The notes under the pieces: generated by a model
The model's input: the letters and a program-made list of their open reading frames with translations, nothing else
What the model was told of the DNA's origin: nothing
Database searches by the model: none
Position numbers and translations under genes: made by a program
Part shown: positions 1 to 9,541 of the stretch, in pieces
Layout: every line of letters begins with the position of its first letter
Numbering within the stretch: position 1 is the first letter of the stretch
From: Prosthecobacter debontii
GTDB taxonomy: Bacteria > Verrucomicrobiota > Verrucomicrobiia > Verrucomicrobiales > Akkermansiaceae
Direction: 5' to 3'
DNA length: 64,000 nucleotides
Assembly (NCBI GenBank): GCA_945873125.1
Contig: CAMCBV010000007.1
Span: 5,342-69,341 of the forward strand

Positions 1-3000
1 GTTGTGGTTTCCCAATCCTTGAGGAGATCGGCGGCTTGTTTGGATCCGGTTTTCTGCAGGTGAAGCTGGATCAGGGATTTGACTTCATCGATGTCTTTAG
101 GGCGTGACACGGGCAGGGCGACGACCATTTCGTTGTTCACGCGGGAGTAGAATTTACCATCCACATCGTAAATAAATGCGGTTCCGCCAGACATTCCTGC
201 ACCGAAGTTTTTTCCGGTTTTTCCGAGGATCACGACTGTTCCGTTGGTCATGTATTCGCAACCGTGATCGCCGATTCCTTCGACAATTGTCGTGGATCCT
301 GAGTTGCGGACTGCGAATCGTTCGCCTGCACGGCCGTTAGCGAAGAGGTAACCGCCAGTGGCTCCATAAAGACAGGTGTTGCCAACGATGGAGTTTTTCG
401 CAGCTTCGAATTTCGCGTCCTTGGAAACCTTGATGATGATTTCACCGGAGGCCATGCCTTTGCCGACGTAGTCGTTGGCTTCACCGATCAGTTCCAGGGT
501 GACTCCGTTGACAAGGAACGTTCCGAACGATTGGCCGGCGGTGCCGTTGCAGGTGATGTGGATACTGCCTGTTGGGAGATCGTTGTTTCCGAAAATCTGC
601 GCAATGCGACCCGAAAGACGTGTGCCGATGTTACGGTCGGTATTGACCACATCGTATGTGAGTTCGACGGGAGCGCGATCGGGAATGAGTTTGATGGCTT
701 CGAGGACATCGTTTCCTATTGATCCCTCTCCATATTCAGGAGTTGATTCGGCTGGTTGTTTTGTGACCGCGGCTACGATGTCGCTGAGAATGTTCAGATC
801 CAGCGCTTTCTTGGCGATGCCATCATTACGCTCCTGGGTGCAGATGCGCGCGACCTCTGATTCTTTTTTCTCAGAGGCTTTGGCGACTGCCGGGACAACG
901 TCTTTGAGCAGGCGGGTGAAGTCGAGCGTGTTGGCTTTCGGATGGCTTGGAACTTCGCGTTGGACGAGGTAATCGGGTCGACCGATCAAATCGTCGAGTT
1001 TGCGGATGCCGAGTTTTGCCATGATTTCTCGAGCTTCATGGGCGACGGCATTGAAATAGTTGATCACCATTTCAGGAGTGCCTTTGAATTTGGCGCGGAA
1101 TTTGGGATCGGTGGTTGCGACGCCAACGGGACAAGTGTTAAGGTGGCATTTACGGACGTAAACGCAGCCCATGGCAATCATTGCGGTTGTGCCGAAGTTG
1201 TATTGCTCGGCGCCAAGGATGGCTGCGATAATGACATCACGGCCGTTCTTGATGCCGCCGTCGGTGCGTAGGATGACGCGGTCGCGAAGGTTATTGATGA
1301 TGAGCGTCTGTTGAGCTTCGGAAAGCCCCAGTTCCCATGGGGAGCCAGCGTGTTTGGTTGAAGATAATGGCGAGGCACCGGTGCCGCCGTCATGACCTGA
1401 GATCAGGATGTTATCGGCTGAAGCTTTAGCGACGCCTGCGGCGACGGTTCCGACACCTGCTTCGGCAACCAGTTTCACCGTGATACGCGCGGTGGGGTTG
1501 ATTTCCTTCAGATCGTGGATGAGTTGGGCGAGATCCTCGATCGAGTACATGTCGTGGTGAGGAGGCGGAGAAATAAGTTGTACGCCTGGCTGGGTGTTGC
1601 GAAGGCGGGCGATGAGGGCGTTGACTTTATGGCCCGGCAGCTGACCTCCTTCTCCGGGTTTTGCACCTTGGGCCATTTTGATTTCAAGTTCATCCGCATT
1701 GATCAAATAGTTGGCGGAAACGCCGAAGCGTCCCGAGGCGATTTGCTTGATATAGGAGCGAGCGGAATCGCCGTTGGGGTAAGGTTTGAAACGGACGGGA
1801 TCTTCTCCGCCTTCACCCGAATCCGATTTTCCGCCGATGCGGTTCATGGCAATGGCGAGTGTTTCGTGGGCTTCGGGTGAAAGTGCACCGAGCGACATCG
1901 CAGCAGTGGTGAAGCGGCGGCGGATGTTTTCGACAGGCTCAACTTCGTCGATTGCAATCGAGCCTGAAGCGGCGGGTTTGAAGTTAAGGAGGTCCTTGAT
2001 CGCGACCGGGTTGCTTTCAAGGCTCACTCTGACATATTCCTCGTAGTCTTCCGGTTTGCCGGATTTGACGTAGTTGTGGAAATTTTTGATGACCTCGGTG
2101 GTGAATGAGTGACGCTCACCCGATTTGCGGTAGCGGTTGTAGCCTGGATCACCGAGATCGAGGGTTTTACCGGATGGAACTTCGGTTTCATAGGCCGCCT
2201 GATGACGGATAAGTGATTCCTCGGCGATCTCCGCAAAAGAGATGCCGCCGATTTGTGAGGGCACTCCGGTGAATGAGAAATCGACAACATCATCGCCGAT
2301 GCCGATGGCTTCGAAAGTTTGTGATCCTTGGTAGGAATTCAGGACGGATATGCCCATTTTTGACATGATTTTCAGCAAGCCTTTTTCGAGGGCTTTGCGG
2401 TAGTTTGTCATCGCCTTCTGCGGCGTCATGTCATCACCGAGTTTATTTTTACCTAGGTCTGCAGCGACAAGCTGGCGGACGGTTGCATAGCCGAGGTAAG
2501 GAACTACCGCGGTCGCGCCGAAGCTGAAAAGACAGGCAATTTGATGCACGTCACGAGCCTCGCCGGTTTCGACAACAATGGATGCGCGCATGCGTTTGCG
2601 AATACGGTTGAGATGGTGATGAATACTTCCGGTTGCAATGAGAGCGGGAAGGGGAACGCGTGTGGCAGAGGTGGCGCGGTCTGAGAGAACGATGATTGAG
2701 ATCTTTTGATTGACCGCTTCTTCGACTTCCTTGCAGAGCTCATCGATGCGTATTTTGAGTCCGTCTTTGCCGGCGGAAACGTCCCAAGTGCAATCCAGAA
2801 CATGGGAGGGGAATCCGTATTCCGCCATGTTGGTGATTTTTTCCAACTGATGCTCAAAAAGGATGGCCGAATCAAGAGAGATGGAATTGCAATGGGCGGG
2901 AGTTTCTTCTAACAGATTTCCTTCTGGGCCCAGGCCTGCTCCGAGTGACATGACCGCCCATTCGCGAATCGGATCAATAGGCGGATTTGTAACTTGGGCG

Positions 3001-4583
3001 AAGCGTTGTTTGAAATACGTGTAGAGCAAACGTGGATAGCTGGAGAGAATGGCAAGCGGGATATCGTCGCCCATGGAGAAAACAGCTTCTTGCGCGCCTT
3101 TGATCATGGGTGGAAACACCATGTCGAGTTCTTCCACGGAGATCGCGTTGGCGACTTGCCGGCGGGAGAGATCGAGCTCGTCGAATTCGATTTCAGGAAC
3201 GTGTGCGGAAGGGGAGATGAACTTGCGGAGTTCGAGGCGATTTTCATCGATCCAACGACGGTAAGGTTTCTGGCGGGCGAGATCTTCTTTGATTTCAAGA
3301 TCCTGTTTGAGAATGCCGGTGGAAGTATCTGCGGAGAGCATTTGGCCTGGGCCGAGACGACCTTTACGGATGACGTTCGCGTCATCAAAGATGACTGCGC
3401 CCGCCTCGGAGCCGATATAGAGGAATCCATCTGCGGTGACTTTGTAACGTGAAGGTCGCAGACCATTGCGGTCGAGTGATGCGCAGAGTTTTGTGCCATC
3501 TGTGAAGACCAAGCCGGCGGGTCCGTCCCAAGGCTCGGAGAACGAGCGGATGTATTGGTAAAAGGCGCGAAGTTCATCGGAGATGTCCTCGTCGTTGCGG
3601 TAGGCCGGAGGAACCAACATGCACATCGCGTGCTCGGGTGAGCGGCCGGAGAGGATGAGGAGCTCGAGGCAGTGATCGAGCGATGCTGAATCCGACTCTC
3701 CGTGGCGGATAAGGTTTTTAACAATGTCAATTTCGTCTCCCCATACCGGCGATTCGAAAAATTCCTCGCGAGATGTCATCCAGTTTCGATTGCCTTCAAC
3801 CGTGTTGATTTCTCCATTGTGGCACATCATGCGGAACGGTTGTCCGAGCGGCCAAGCGGGAAATGTATTGGTGGAGAAACGTTGGTGATAGAGGCAGATC
3901 GCGGTTTCGAAATCAGGGTTGGTGAGATCGGAGTAGAATGCGCGCAATGCAGCAGGCATGGCGAGGGCTTTGTAAGAGATCAGGCGATTCGAAAACGACG
4001 GCATATAGAAGCCGTTGATTTGCGAGGTTGCGTGTTCGATTTCACGGCGGCAGAGGTAAAGTTTGCGCTCGAACTCGAGTGAGTCCATGCCTTCAGGCTT
4101 GAGCATAAGAAGGTGCTCGATCTCAGGACGAGACTTCTGGGCGATTTTTCCGAGGGCATCGATATTGACAGGAACTTCACGCCAACCGATCGCGGGAATA
4201 TTGCGTTTGGCAATGATGTCTGCGGTGATTTTTTTGATCGATTCGGTTTGTTTATCGTTTCCGGCAGGGAAAAAGAAAACGCCGACCGCGAGGTCTGAGG
4301 GGTTGGTGACTTTATGGCCAAGAGCTTGGGCTGCCTTGGTGAAAAGTGGGTAGGGAATTTGAGAAAGAATGCCCGATCCGTCACCGGTTTTCATATCGGC
4401 ATCGACCGCGCCGCGGTGGGTCATGCAGGAGACGGATGTCAGTGCATGATCTAGTATGGTGTAGGAGCGTTTTCCTTCAAGATGCGCAATCGCACCCATG
4501 CCGCAGTTATCATGTTCACGGCTGAGGCTGTGCAAGGAATCGGTTACGAGAGGGGTGCTGGAATGATAGAAAGGATTGGTCAT
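1..4583 (-). CDS. gltB: Glutamate synthase large subunit (3' end runs off the left edge)
   Basis: Manual translation, since it is absent from the ORF track as an open-ended ORF. MTNPFY...EHDNCGMGAIAH gives the propeptide plus Cys1 of the Ntn amidotransferase. Also THRGAVDADMKTGDGSG, the [3Fe-4S] motif GCVYVRKCHLNTCPVG, and the C-terminal GXGXG domain GEANDYVGKGM...GERFAVRNSG...GCEYMTNG. Confidence 0.96.
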   Translation of the reverse strand, partial: MTNPFYHSSTPLVTDSLHSLSREHDNCGMGAIAHLEGKRSYTILDHALTSVSCMTHRGAVDADMKTGDGSGILSQIPYPLFTKAAQALGHKVTNPSDLAVGVFFFPAGNDKQTESIKKITADIIAKRNIPAIGWREVPVNIDALGKIAQKSRPEIEHLLMLKPEGMDSLEFERKLYLCRREIEHATSQINGFYMPSFSNRLISYKALAMPAALRAFYSDLTNPDFETAICLYHQRFSTNTFPAWPLGQPFRMMCHNGEINTVEGNRNWMTSREEFFESPVWGDEIDIVKNLIRHGESDSASLDHCLELLILSGRSPEHAMCMLVPPAYRNDEDISDELRAFYQYIRSFSEPWDGPAGLVFTDGTKLCASLDRNGLRPSRYKVTADGFLYIGSEAGAVIFDDANVIRKGRLGPGQMLSADTSTGILKQDLEIKEDLARQKPYRRWIDENRLELRKFISPSAHVPEIEFDELDLSRRQVANAISVEELDMVFPPMIKGAQEAVFSMGDDIPLAILSSYPRLLYTYFKQRFAQVTNPPIDPIREWAVMSLGAGLGPEGNLLEETPAHCNSISLDSAILFEHQLEKITNMAEYGFPSHVLDCTWDVSAGKDGLKIRIDELCKEVEEAVNQKISIIVLSDRATSATRVPLPALIATGSIHHHLNRIRKRMRASIVVETGEARDVHQIACLFSFGATAVVPYLGYATVRQLVAADLGKNKLGDDMTPQKAMTNYRKALEKGLLKIMSKMGISVLNSYQGSQTFEAIGIGDDVVDFSFTGVPSQIGGISFAEIAEESLIRHQAAYETEVPSGKTLDLGDPGYNRYRKSGERHSFTTEVIKNFHNYVKSGKPEDYEEYVRVSLESNPVAIKDLLNFKPAASGSIAIDEVEPVENIRRRFTTAAMSLGALSPEAHETLAIAMNRIGGKSDSGEGGEDPVRFKPYPNGDSARSYIKQIASGRFGVSANYLINADELEIKMAQGAKPGEGGQLPGHKVNALIARLRNTQPGVQLISPPPHHDMYSIEDLAQLIHDLKEINPTARITVKLVAEAGVGTVAAGVAKASADNILISGHDGGTGASPLSSTKHAGSPWELGLSEAQQTLIINNLRDRVILRTDGGIKNGRDVIIAAILGAEQYNFGTTAMIAMGCVYVRKCHLNTCPVGVATTDPKFRAKFKGTPEMVINYFNAVAHEAREIMAKLGIRKLDDLIGRPDYLVQREVPSHPKANTLDFTRLLKDVVPAVAKASEKKESEVARICTQERNDGIAKKALDLNILSDIVAAVTKQPAESTPEYGEGSIGNDVLEAIKLIPDRAPVELTYDVVNTDRNIGTRLSGRIAQIFGNNDLPTGSIHITCNGTAGQSFGTFLVNGVTLELIGEANDYVGKGMASGEIIIKVSKDAKFEAAKNSIVGNTCLYGATGGYLFANGRAGERFAVRNSGSTTIVEGIGDHGCEYMTNGTVVILGKTGKNFGAGMSGGTAFIYDVDGKFYSRVNNEMVVALPVSRPKDIDEVKSLIQLHLQKTGSKQAADLLKDWETT

Positions 4584-4819
4584 GTGAGCGGGTGGGAAAT
4601 AAAGAGCAGGTGGAGCCTTGGGACAAGCAGGAATTGTGCGCGAAATGGGCTGATGGCCAATAAATTCCAATGAGAGCCAATCTTTTCAAAGATGGGGTAA
4701 ATGATTAGGGATAAGAAAGAGGTCAAGCTCACTGAAGAGACTCGGTCCAATCGTAGAATGGTGAAAAAAAATCGTCAAAACGGCGATTTCACGACCTGCC
4801 GCGGGACGCGTAAGCTAGT

Positions 4820-5536
4820 CTAGCGAAGTCCCTTGAGTCCTTCTTTTGCAGGCTTTTCCAAAACCATGTCGGTGATGGAGCTGCGACGACCGTTTTTGTA
4901 GCTGGAAACTTGCATTTTGTGAAGTGTCCAGACTTCGTCGCTGACTTTCATGACATCTTCGACGAGGAATTCTTTCAGGATCTCTCCGTTTTTGGCATGA
5001 CCGTGGACTTTCATGAAGGCCCCGAATTTTGTATGAACCCAGACGTAAACCGAGAAGTAGTTGCCAACATCCTTGGAGGGCTTGTCTAGCCGTAGTTTAT
5101 AAGTTTCAAAAGCACCGATGGTTTCGATGCCTTCGAGTTTTGGATTAGGCCAGTAAAAGAAACGGAGAGCTAGGTCTTCGTAGGTAAGATCAGTGCCCGC
5201 AATGGATTCTGTCAGCTTGTTACGTGGAAAATCGATCGTTTTACCTTGGATGATTTCAAAGAGATCGTATTGATCTTCGTTGAGGCGGAGATGGAATACT
5301 CTCCAAGTGTTGTTTTCCATGAACTGGAACTGGATGTCTCTGCCTTTGAGAAAAATGGTAATCGGTATTTTTTTTCCGTTATTTGCAAGATGGCCTTTGA
5401 GTCCATCATCGAGTTTTGTCAGTGCCGCGCTGAGACGGGCACCTTCAAGGATGCGATCGGGATCGGGACCCTGAGCGCGCAATGAGGAGCACGTGAATGC
5501 AACAGTTACACCGAATATGAGAAGAAGAGGCTTCAT
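4820..5536 (-). CDS. Secreted LolA-like / outer-membrane lipoprotein-sorting family protein
   Basis: Signal peptide MKPLLLIFGVTVAFTCSSLRA. The segment GTDLTYEDLALRFFYW resembles LolA_like proteins. The ATG at 5536 is preferred over the TTG at 5554. Confidence 0.6.
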   Translation of the reverse strand: MKPLLLIFGVTVAFTCSSLRAQGPDPDRILEGARLSAALTKLDDGLKGHLANNGKKIPITIFLKGRDIQFQFMENNTWRVFHLRLNEDQYDLFEIIQGKTIDFPRNKLTESIAGTDLTYEDLALRFFYWPNPKLEGIETIGAFETYKLRLDKPSKDVGNYFSVYVWVHTKFGAFMKVHGHAKNGEILKEFLVEDVMKVSDEVWTLHKMQVSSYKNGRRSSITDMVLEKPAKEGLKGLR

Positions 5537-5620
5537 ATCGCCAAACATAGTCAAAGTTTAGCTTTGGACAATAGTTCGGTGAAAAAGATTCAGACCCATC
5601 AACCCCCCTTAACCCCGACC

Positions 5621-5650
5621 TTTGGTGTAGACCCCTTTGGTGTAGACCCT
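5621..5650. repeat. Two tandem 15-bp copies of TTTGGTGTAGACCC(C/T) just 3' of the tRNA
   Basis: 5621-5635 reads tttggtgtagacccc and 5636-5650 reads tttggtgtagaccct, followed by a partial agacccc. Confidence 0.85.
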
Positions 5651-5664
5651 AGACCCCCCAAAAA

Positions 5665-5737
5665 TGGAGCGTAGCGGATTCGAACCGCTGACCCCTTGCA
5701 TGCCATGCAAGTGCTCTACCAACTGAGCTAACGCCCC
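5665..5737 (-). tRNA. tRNA-Ala (anticodon GGC), CCA not encoded
   Basis: Reverse complement is GGGGCGTTAGCTCAGTTGGTAGAGCACTTGCATGGCATGCAAGGGGTCAGCGGTTCGAATCCGCTACGCTCCA. It has the G3:U70 Ala identity pair, the GGTTCGAATCC T-loop and an A73 discriminator. Confidence 0.97.
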
Positions 5738-5800
5738 TTACGGGTGGGGCGAAGGTTTAGGCGAAGAAGCGGATGGGGTGCAAGCGGAAAAACGAGGAAA

Positions 5801-5908
5801 CTTCAGACTTTAAACTTTAAGTTTCAAGAGGGTGGATAAAAGAAAAGCCCGGATCATATGAATCTAGGCTCTCCTTTGATGTTTAGAGTTTAAAATTTAG
5901 AATTTAGA
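5801..5908. repeat. Two degenerate heptamer tandem arrays (CTTCAGA/CTTTAAA... and GTTTAGA/ATTTAGA...)
   Basis: 5801-5828 reads cttcaga ctttaaa ctttaag tttcaag. 5881-5908 reads gtttaga gtttaaa atttaga atttaga and overlaps the frr stop. Confidence 0.75.
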
Positions 5909-6473
5909 TCTTCATTAAATCTTCTTCTTTGGAGACTGCCAATTCATCGATTTTTTTTGTATATTTGTTGGTGAGGTCTTGGACTTGTTTTTCGTAATCT
6001 TTGAAAGAATCCTCGGTAAGGATGACATCGGCCTTCATTTTTTTGGCTTCGTCGAGTCCGGCTTTGCGGGCTGAGCGGAGGCGAACCTTGGCTTCCTCGG
6101 CGAGTTGCTTGATGAGTTTGACCATGTCACGTCGGCGTTCTTCAGAGAGTTCCGGAATAGGCACGCGGATGGAGCGGTCCGCAGCAGCTGGATTAAGACC
6201 GAGTTTGGATTCCCGGATCGCTTTTTCGATGTCGCGAGTGGTGGATGGATCGAAAGGTTGCACATTGAGCATGCGGGGCTCGGGTGTATTGATCACGGCG
6301 AGTGTTTTAAGTTTTTGTACACCACCATAAGCATGCACATAGACATCGAGGTTATCAATCAGGGAGGGGGAAGCTTTGCCTGTCCTTACTCCTGAGAAAT
6401 CATGGATGAGGTGTTCAATACCGGACTCCATGTCGGCTTCGACTTTTTTGAGCGTTTGGATGGGATCTAACAT
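5904..6473 (-). CDS. frr: Ribosome recycling factor
   Basis: GVRTGKASPSLID, LNVQPFD, IRVPIPELSEERRRDMVK, VRLRSARK. Lies downstream of pyrH as usual. Confidence 0.97.
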   Translation of the reverse strand: MLDPIQTLKKVEADMESGIEHLIHDFSGVRTGKASPSLIDNLDVYVHAYGGVQKLKTLAVINTPEPRMLNVQPFDPSTTRDIEKAIRESKLGLNPAAADRSIRVPIPELSEERRRDMVKLIKQLAEEAKVRLRSARKAGLDEAKKMKADVILTEDSFKDYEKQVQDLTNKYTKKIDELAVSKEEDLMKI

Positions 6474-6475
6474 AA

Positions 6476-6564
6476 TTTTAAATTCAAGTTTTAAGATATA
6501 AATCTCAGGCTGGAGAAAACAACCTTGCGAACAATTTTGATCATTGAAATTTGAGATTTGGAAT
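6476..6564. repeat. Inverted pair of heptamer arrays between frr and pyrH
   Basis: The left arm is ttttaaa ttcaagt tttaaga tataaat ctcaggc (6476-6510). The right arm is ttgaaat ttgagat ttggaat (6544-6564), whose reverse complement attccaa atctcaa atttcaa resembles the left units. Confidence 0.7.
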
Positions 6565-6566
6565 TT

Positions 6567-7307
6567 TTATTCGCCGTGAACCAGTGTGCCGATGGGTTTT
6601 GAGTGAAGGGCGTGTGAGAGGTTGCCGTTTGGCCCGAGATCGAAGATGATGATGGGTATTTGATTGTCCATGCAAAGACTGAAAGCGGTGGCGTCCATGA
6701 CATTGAGCCGATTTTCCAAACAGTGTTGAAAGGTTACGGTTTCAAAGCGCTTGGCATTCGGGTTTTTACGCGGATCGGAGCAATAAACGCCATCGACCTG
6801 TGTGGCTTTTAGGATGACATCGGCACCCATTTCGCTTGCGCGGAGGGCGGCGGTGGTGTCGGTAGAGAAGAACGGACTGCCCGTTCCTGCTGCGAATATA
6901 ATGACAACCCCATTATCCAATTTGTGCTCGGCCTTCCGGCGGATAAAAGGCTCCGCGACATTTTTCATCTCAATGGCGGACATGACGGTGCAGTCAACGC
7001 CGATGAGCGATAACGCGCCTTCGAGTGCGAGAGCATTCATCACTGTGGCGAGCATGCCAACATAGTCGGCTGTGGCGCGATCCATTCCTCGAGCTGAAGC
7101 GCTTGCACCGCGCCAGAAATTTCCACCGCCAACAACGATGCCGAGTTCCAATCCGGAATCGACGGCTTCTTTGATCTCCGCTGCGATCCGTTGGACGATT
7201 TCAGGAGAGATGTTGTCCGTGGAGCCGGGTTCACGGAGGGCTTCACCACTGAGTTTGAGAATGGCGCGTTTGAATGGGCGTGGGTCTTTGTTGGCAGAGT
7301 TTGGCAT
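6567..7307 (-). CDS. pyrH: Uridylate kinase
   Basis: LKLSGEAL, VVGGGNFWRG, DYVGMLATVMNALAL, GTGSPFFSTDTTAALRASE, MDATAFSLC. Start at ATG 7307 (MPNS). Confidence 0.97.
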   Translation of the reverse strand: MPNSANKDPRPFKRAILKLSGEALREPGSTDNISPEIVQRIAAEIKEAVDSGLELGIVVGGGNFWRGASASARGMDRATADYVGMLATVMNALALEGALSLIGVDCTVMSAIEMKNVAEPFIRRKAEHKLDNGVVIIFAAGTGSPFFSTDTTAALRASEMGADVILKATQVDGVYCSDPRKNPNAKRFETVTFQHCLENRLNVMDATAFSLCMDNQIPIIIFDLGPNGNLSHALHSKPIGTLVHGE

Positions 7308-7421
7308 ATCGGATGAGTGAAGAATGAACAGGATCTCCAAATCGTCCAACCCTGAAGATCATATTCACTGATTTTTTTCGGATCAGGTGAAGCATGAAAG
7401 AGCTAGGCCGTCTTCTGCGAT

Positions 7422-7967
7422 TCAATCATGGGCCGGTGGGACGATAAAAGTCGCTTCGAGCTCTTTGAGAGACGGATTTTTTTCGGTGGCGCCCGTGATT
7501 TTGATTTCCACGTGAAGGGGATCGGTTTGTTGCTGTTGGTATACTTCCAAGGTCTTTTGCAGGGCTGCAAAGGTGATCCTGATGAGCTGGCGCGCGGTCA
7601 TGTCGATTTCTGCAGGGATTTCGATTTTAGAAACGTCCAGAGTCACTGTCATACCTTCTTCGGTCATTTCCGCGGCCATGGTGAGGTTGCAGAGAATTAA
7701 AAGATTGGCCTCTTTGACTTTGTAATTTACGGCATTCGTAGGAATGGAATGAGGGGTGCGTATGGCTTCCACCAAGGCTTCGGGGATTGCGCCTGTGATT
7801 GCCATGGGGCGGGGCATCACGGTGGCTTGAAGAGCCTCACCGATATCTGTGATAATATCTCCCGTGTCTGTGCCGTGGAGTGTGAGTGGTTCGTAAATCG
7901 GGACGACGGAAATGGTGGTCGCCATCAGATTTGAAGACAGCAGCAAAGTGAGTAGGAATGATTTCAT
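7422..7967 (-). CDS. Hypothetical secreted protein
   Basis: 181-aa ORF with signal-peptide-like N-terminus MKSFLLTLLLSSNLMA. No family recognised. Confidence 0.7.
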   Translation of the reverse strand: MKSFLLTLLLSSNLMATTISVVPIYEPLTLHGTDTGDIITDIGEALQATVMPRPMAITGAIPEALVEAIRTPHSIPTNAVNYKVKEANLLILCNLTMAAEMTEEGMTVTLDVSKIEIPAEIDMTARQLIRITFAALQKTLEVYQQQQTDPLHVEIKITGATEKNPSLKELEATFIVPPAHD

Positions 7968-8106
7968 TTTTTAAAGGATGAATGATGTTTGGAACAATTC
8001 CAGTTCCGAATTGACCGATTGGTCGCACATCTTCTAGGGATTTTTCTGCAACGGGTTGATTTGGTAGACGATTGCCTTGGGCACGGGACAATGAACAGGA
8101 GCATAC

Positions 8107-8140
8107 AAAAAAGCCGCCGGACATTGCTGTCGGGCGGCTT
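8107..8140 (-). terminator. Rho-independent terminator of rpmI-rplT
   Basis: Minus strand AAGCCGCCCGACA-GCAA-TGTCCGGCGGCTTTTTT: GC stem, GNRA loop and U tract. Confidence 0.85.
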
Positions 8141-8165
8141 GGTTGATTTAACAGAGGGCTTTCGA

Positions 8166-8540
8166 TTAAGCGGCTTTCGCCTTGTTTTCGAGGGCCTGTT
8201 TGGCTTGTGCAACAATGGCTGAGAAAGCAGCGGCGTCTGTGATGGCGAGATCCGAGAGGATCTTGCGGTCAGCTTCGATTCCGGCTGCTTTGAGGCCTTC
8301 GATGAAACGCGAGTAGGTCATTCCCTCGTTACGGACGGCAGCGTTGATACGCTGGGTCCAGAGGCGGCGGAATTGGCCTTTGCGTTTTTTACGGTCACGG
8401 TATTCGTATTGTTGCGCCTTACGGACAGCGTCCTTGGCGTAGCGGAAGAGCTTCGAGCGGAAACCGCGGAAGCCCTTTGCCCGAAGCAGCGTGCGTTTGC
8501 GGCGCTTGCGGCTTGCTGGGGAATTGGTGGCTCTTGGCAT
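8166..8540 (-). CDS. rplT: 50S ribosomal protein L20
   Basis: [52 protein letters not shown]. Confidence 0.98.
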   Translation of the reverse strand: MPRATNSPASRKRRKRTLLRAKGFRGFRSKLFRYAKDAVRKAQQYEYRDRKKRKGQFRRLWTQRINAAVRNEGMTYSRFIEGLKAAGIEADRKILSDLAITDAAAFSAIVAQAKQALENKAKAA

Positions 8541-8584
8541 GTTATTGTTTGGTTGTGAACAAGTCGTTTTGTTATCATTCCTTC

Positions 8585-8655
8585 CACAGTCTCACCTGTT
8601 CGTGTCTCCGGTTTATCGGATCAGGCTGTGTAAAGGTCGTCCGTTACGCGGACGA
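8585..8655 (-). promoter_or_regulatory. Candidate structured RNA in the rpmI-rplT spacer
   Basis: Hairpin TCGTCCG-CGTAA-CGGACGA, plus nested stems CACAG/CTGTG, CCTG/CAGG and TCCG/CGGA. Confidence 0.45.
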
Positions 8656-8682
8656 GGTCGTGGGCTGTCGTTTACTTCTCTA

Positions 8683-8892
8683 TCAATGGAAGGGAAGGTT
8701 CTCTTTGACATTCTTGATGTCAGCGGCCGAAACAAGGCCCGCTTTACCGAGAGCGCGTTTGCGCTTGCGGCTCTTGCATTGAAGCAAGTGGCGTTTTCCT
8801 TGATGACGGCGCAGTACCTTCCCGGTGCCAGTGACTTTGAAGCGCTTGGCGACGGCCTTCCGTGTTTTTGCTTTTCCTCCTACTCGTGGCAT
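8683..8892 (-). CDS. rpmI: 50S ribosomal protein L35
   Basis: KAKTRKAVAKRFKVTGTGKVLRRHQGKRHLL. Confidence 0.97.
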   Translation of the reverse strand: MPRVGGKAKTRKAVAKRFKVTGTGKVLRRHQGKRHLLQCKSRKRKRALGKAGLVSAADIKNVKENLPFH

Positions 8893-9039
8893 GGGGCGCG
8901 CAACCTAACGACCTGCGTGTTCTTGGCAAGTCGAAAATGGAAGAAATTTTAAGAAAGTGGATGGGTATCTTCCGTAGCGTTTACAAATGACCTCTTTCCT
9001 CGGGCTTTAGCATGAGTTGTCTCCGGCGGAGGTAATGAT

Positions 9040-9462
9040 CTATTCACCATTTTTCGATAAAACCTCGACTCTGACGGGTGCAATGCCTTTTTTGACAAAA
9101 CCGAGTTTTTCAGCCGTTCCAATCGTGACGTCGATGACTCGGCCTTTTTTGAAAGGGCCACGATCATTGATTGTGACGACTTCGGATTTGTTGTTTGCCA
9201 GGTTGATGACGCGGACTTTGGTGCCCATAGGCAGGGTTTTGTGAGCGGCGGTGGGAGAATGGTTGCACAGTTTCTGGCCACTGGCGGTTCGGGTGCCGGA
9301 GTTGGTTTTAATGGAATACCAAGAGGCTTTGCCTTCTTCGACCGACTTTACCGTGTAGCGCTCTCCTTTTGGGCCCAAGCTACTGGCGCAACTGGTGACG
9401 AGGACGAGACTTGCGAGAGCCAGCATCGCGGACTTTTTGACTTTCCGTGTGTGTAACTTCAT
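9040..9462 (-). CDS. rlpA: Septal ring lytic transglycosylase RlpA family lipoprotein
   Basis: Lipobox LVTSC, GKASWY, TAAHKTLPMGTKVRVINL, INDRGPF...RVIDV. Confidence 0.92.
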   Translation of the reverse strand: MKLHTRKVKKSAMLALASLVLVTSCASSLGPKGERYTVKSVEEGKASWYSIKTNSGTRTASGQKLCNHSPTAAHKTLPMGTKVRVINLANNKSEVVTINDRGPFKKGRVIDVTIGTAEKLGFVKKGIAPVRVEVLSKNGE

Positions 9463-9541
9463 GGGTGTTGGTCCCCGGTTGGGGTAAGACGGCTTTAAAC
9501 CGCGAATTTTGGGTAGGCAAGGAGAAATGTGGTGTTGGAAA

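Noticed and set aside
475-4353. Many plus-strand ORFs of 60-165 aa over the gltB region
   Set aside because: They are antisense shadows of the continuous gltB frame, which carries all the diagnostic motifs. The same applies to similar shadow ORFs over hflX, argS, metK and ahcY.
5560-5740. tRNA-Ala as the attachment site of an integrated element
   Set aside because: No integrase is nearby and no duplicated tRNA 3' end was seen elsewhere in the window. The flanks are housekeeping genes.
5801-6564. Short periodic repeats as a CRISPR array or as coding low-complexity sequence
   Set aside because: The units are 7 bp, degenerate and contiguous, with no 23-47 bp repeats or unique spacers and no cas genes.
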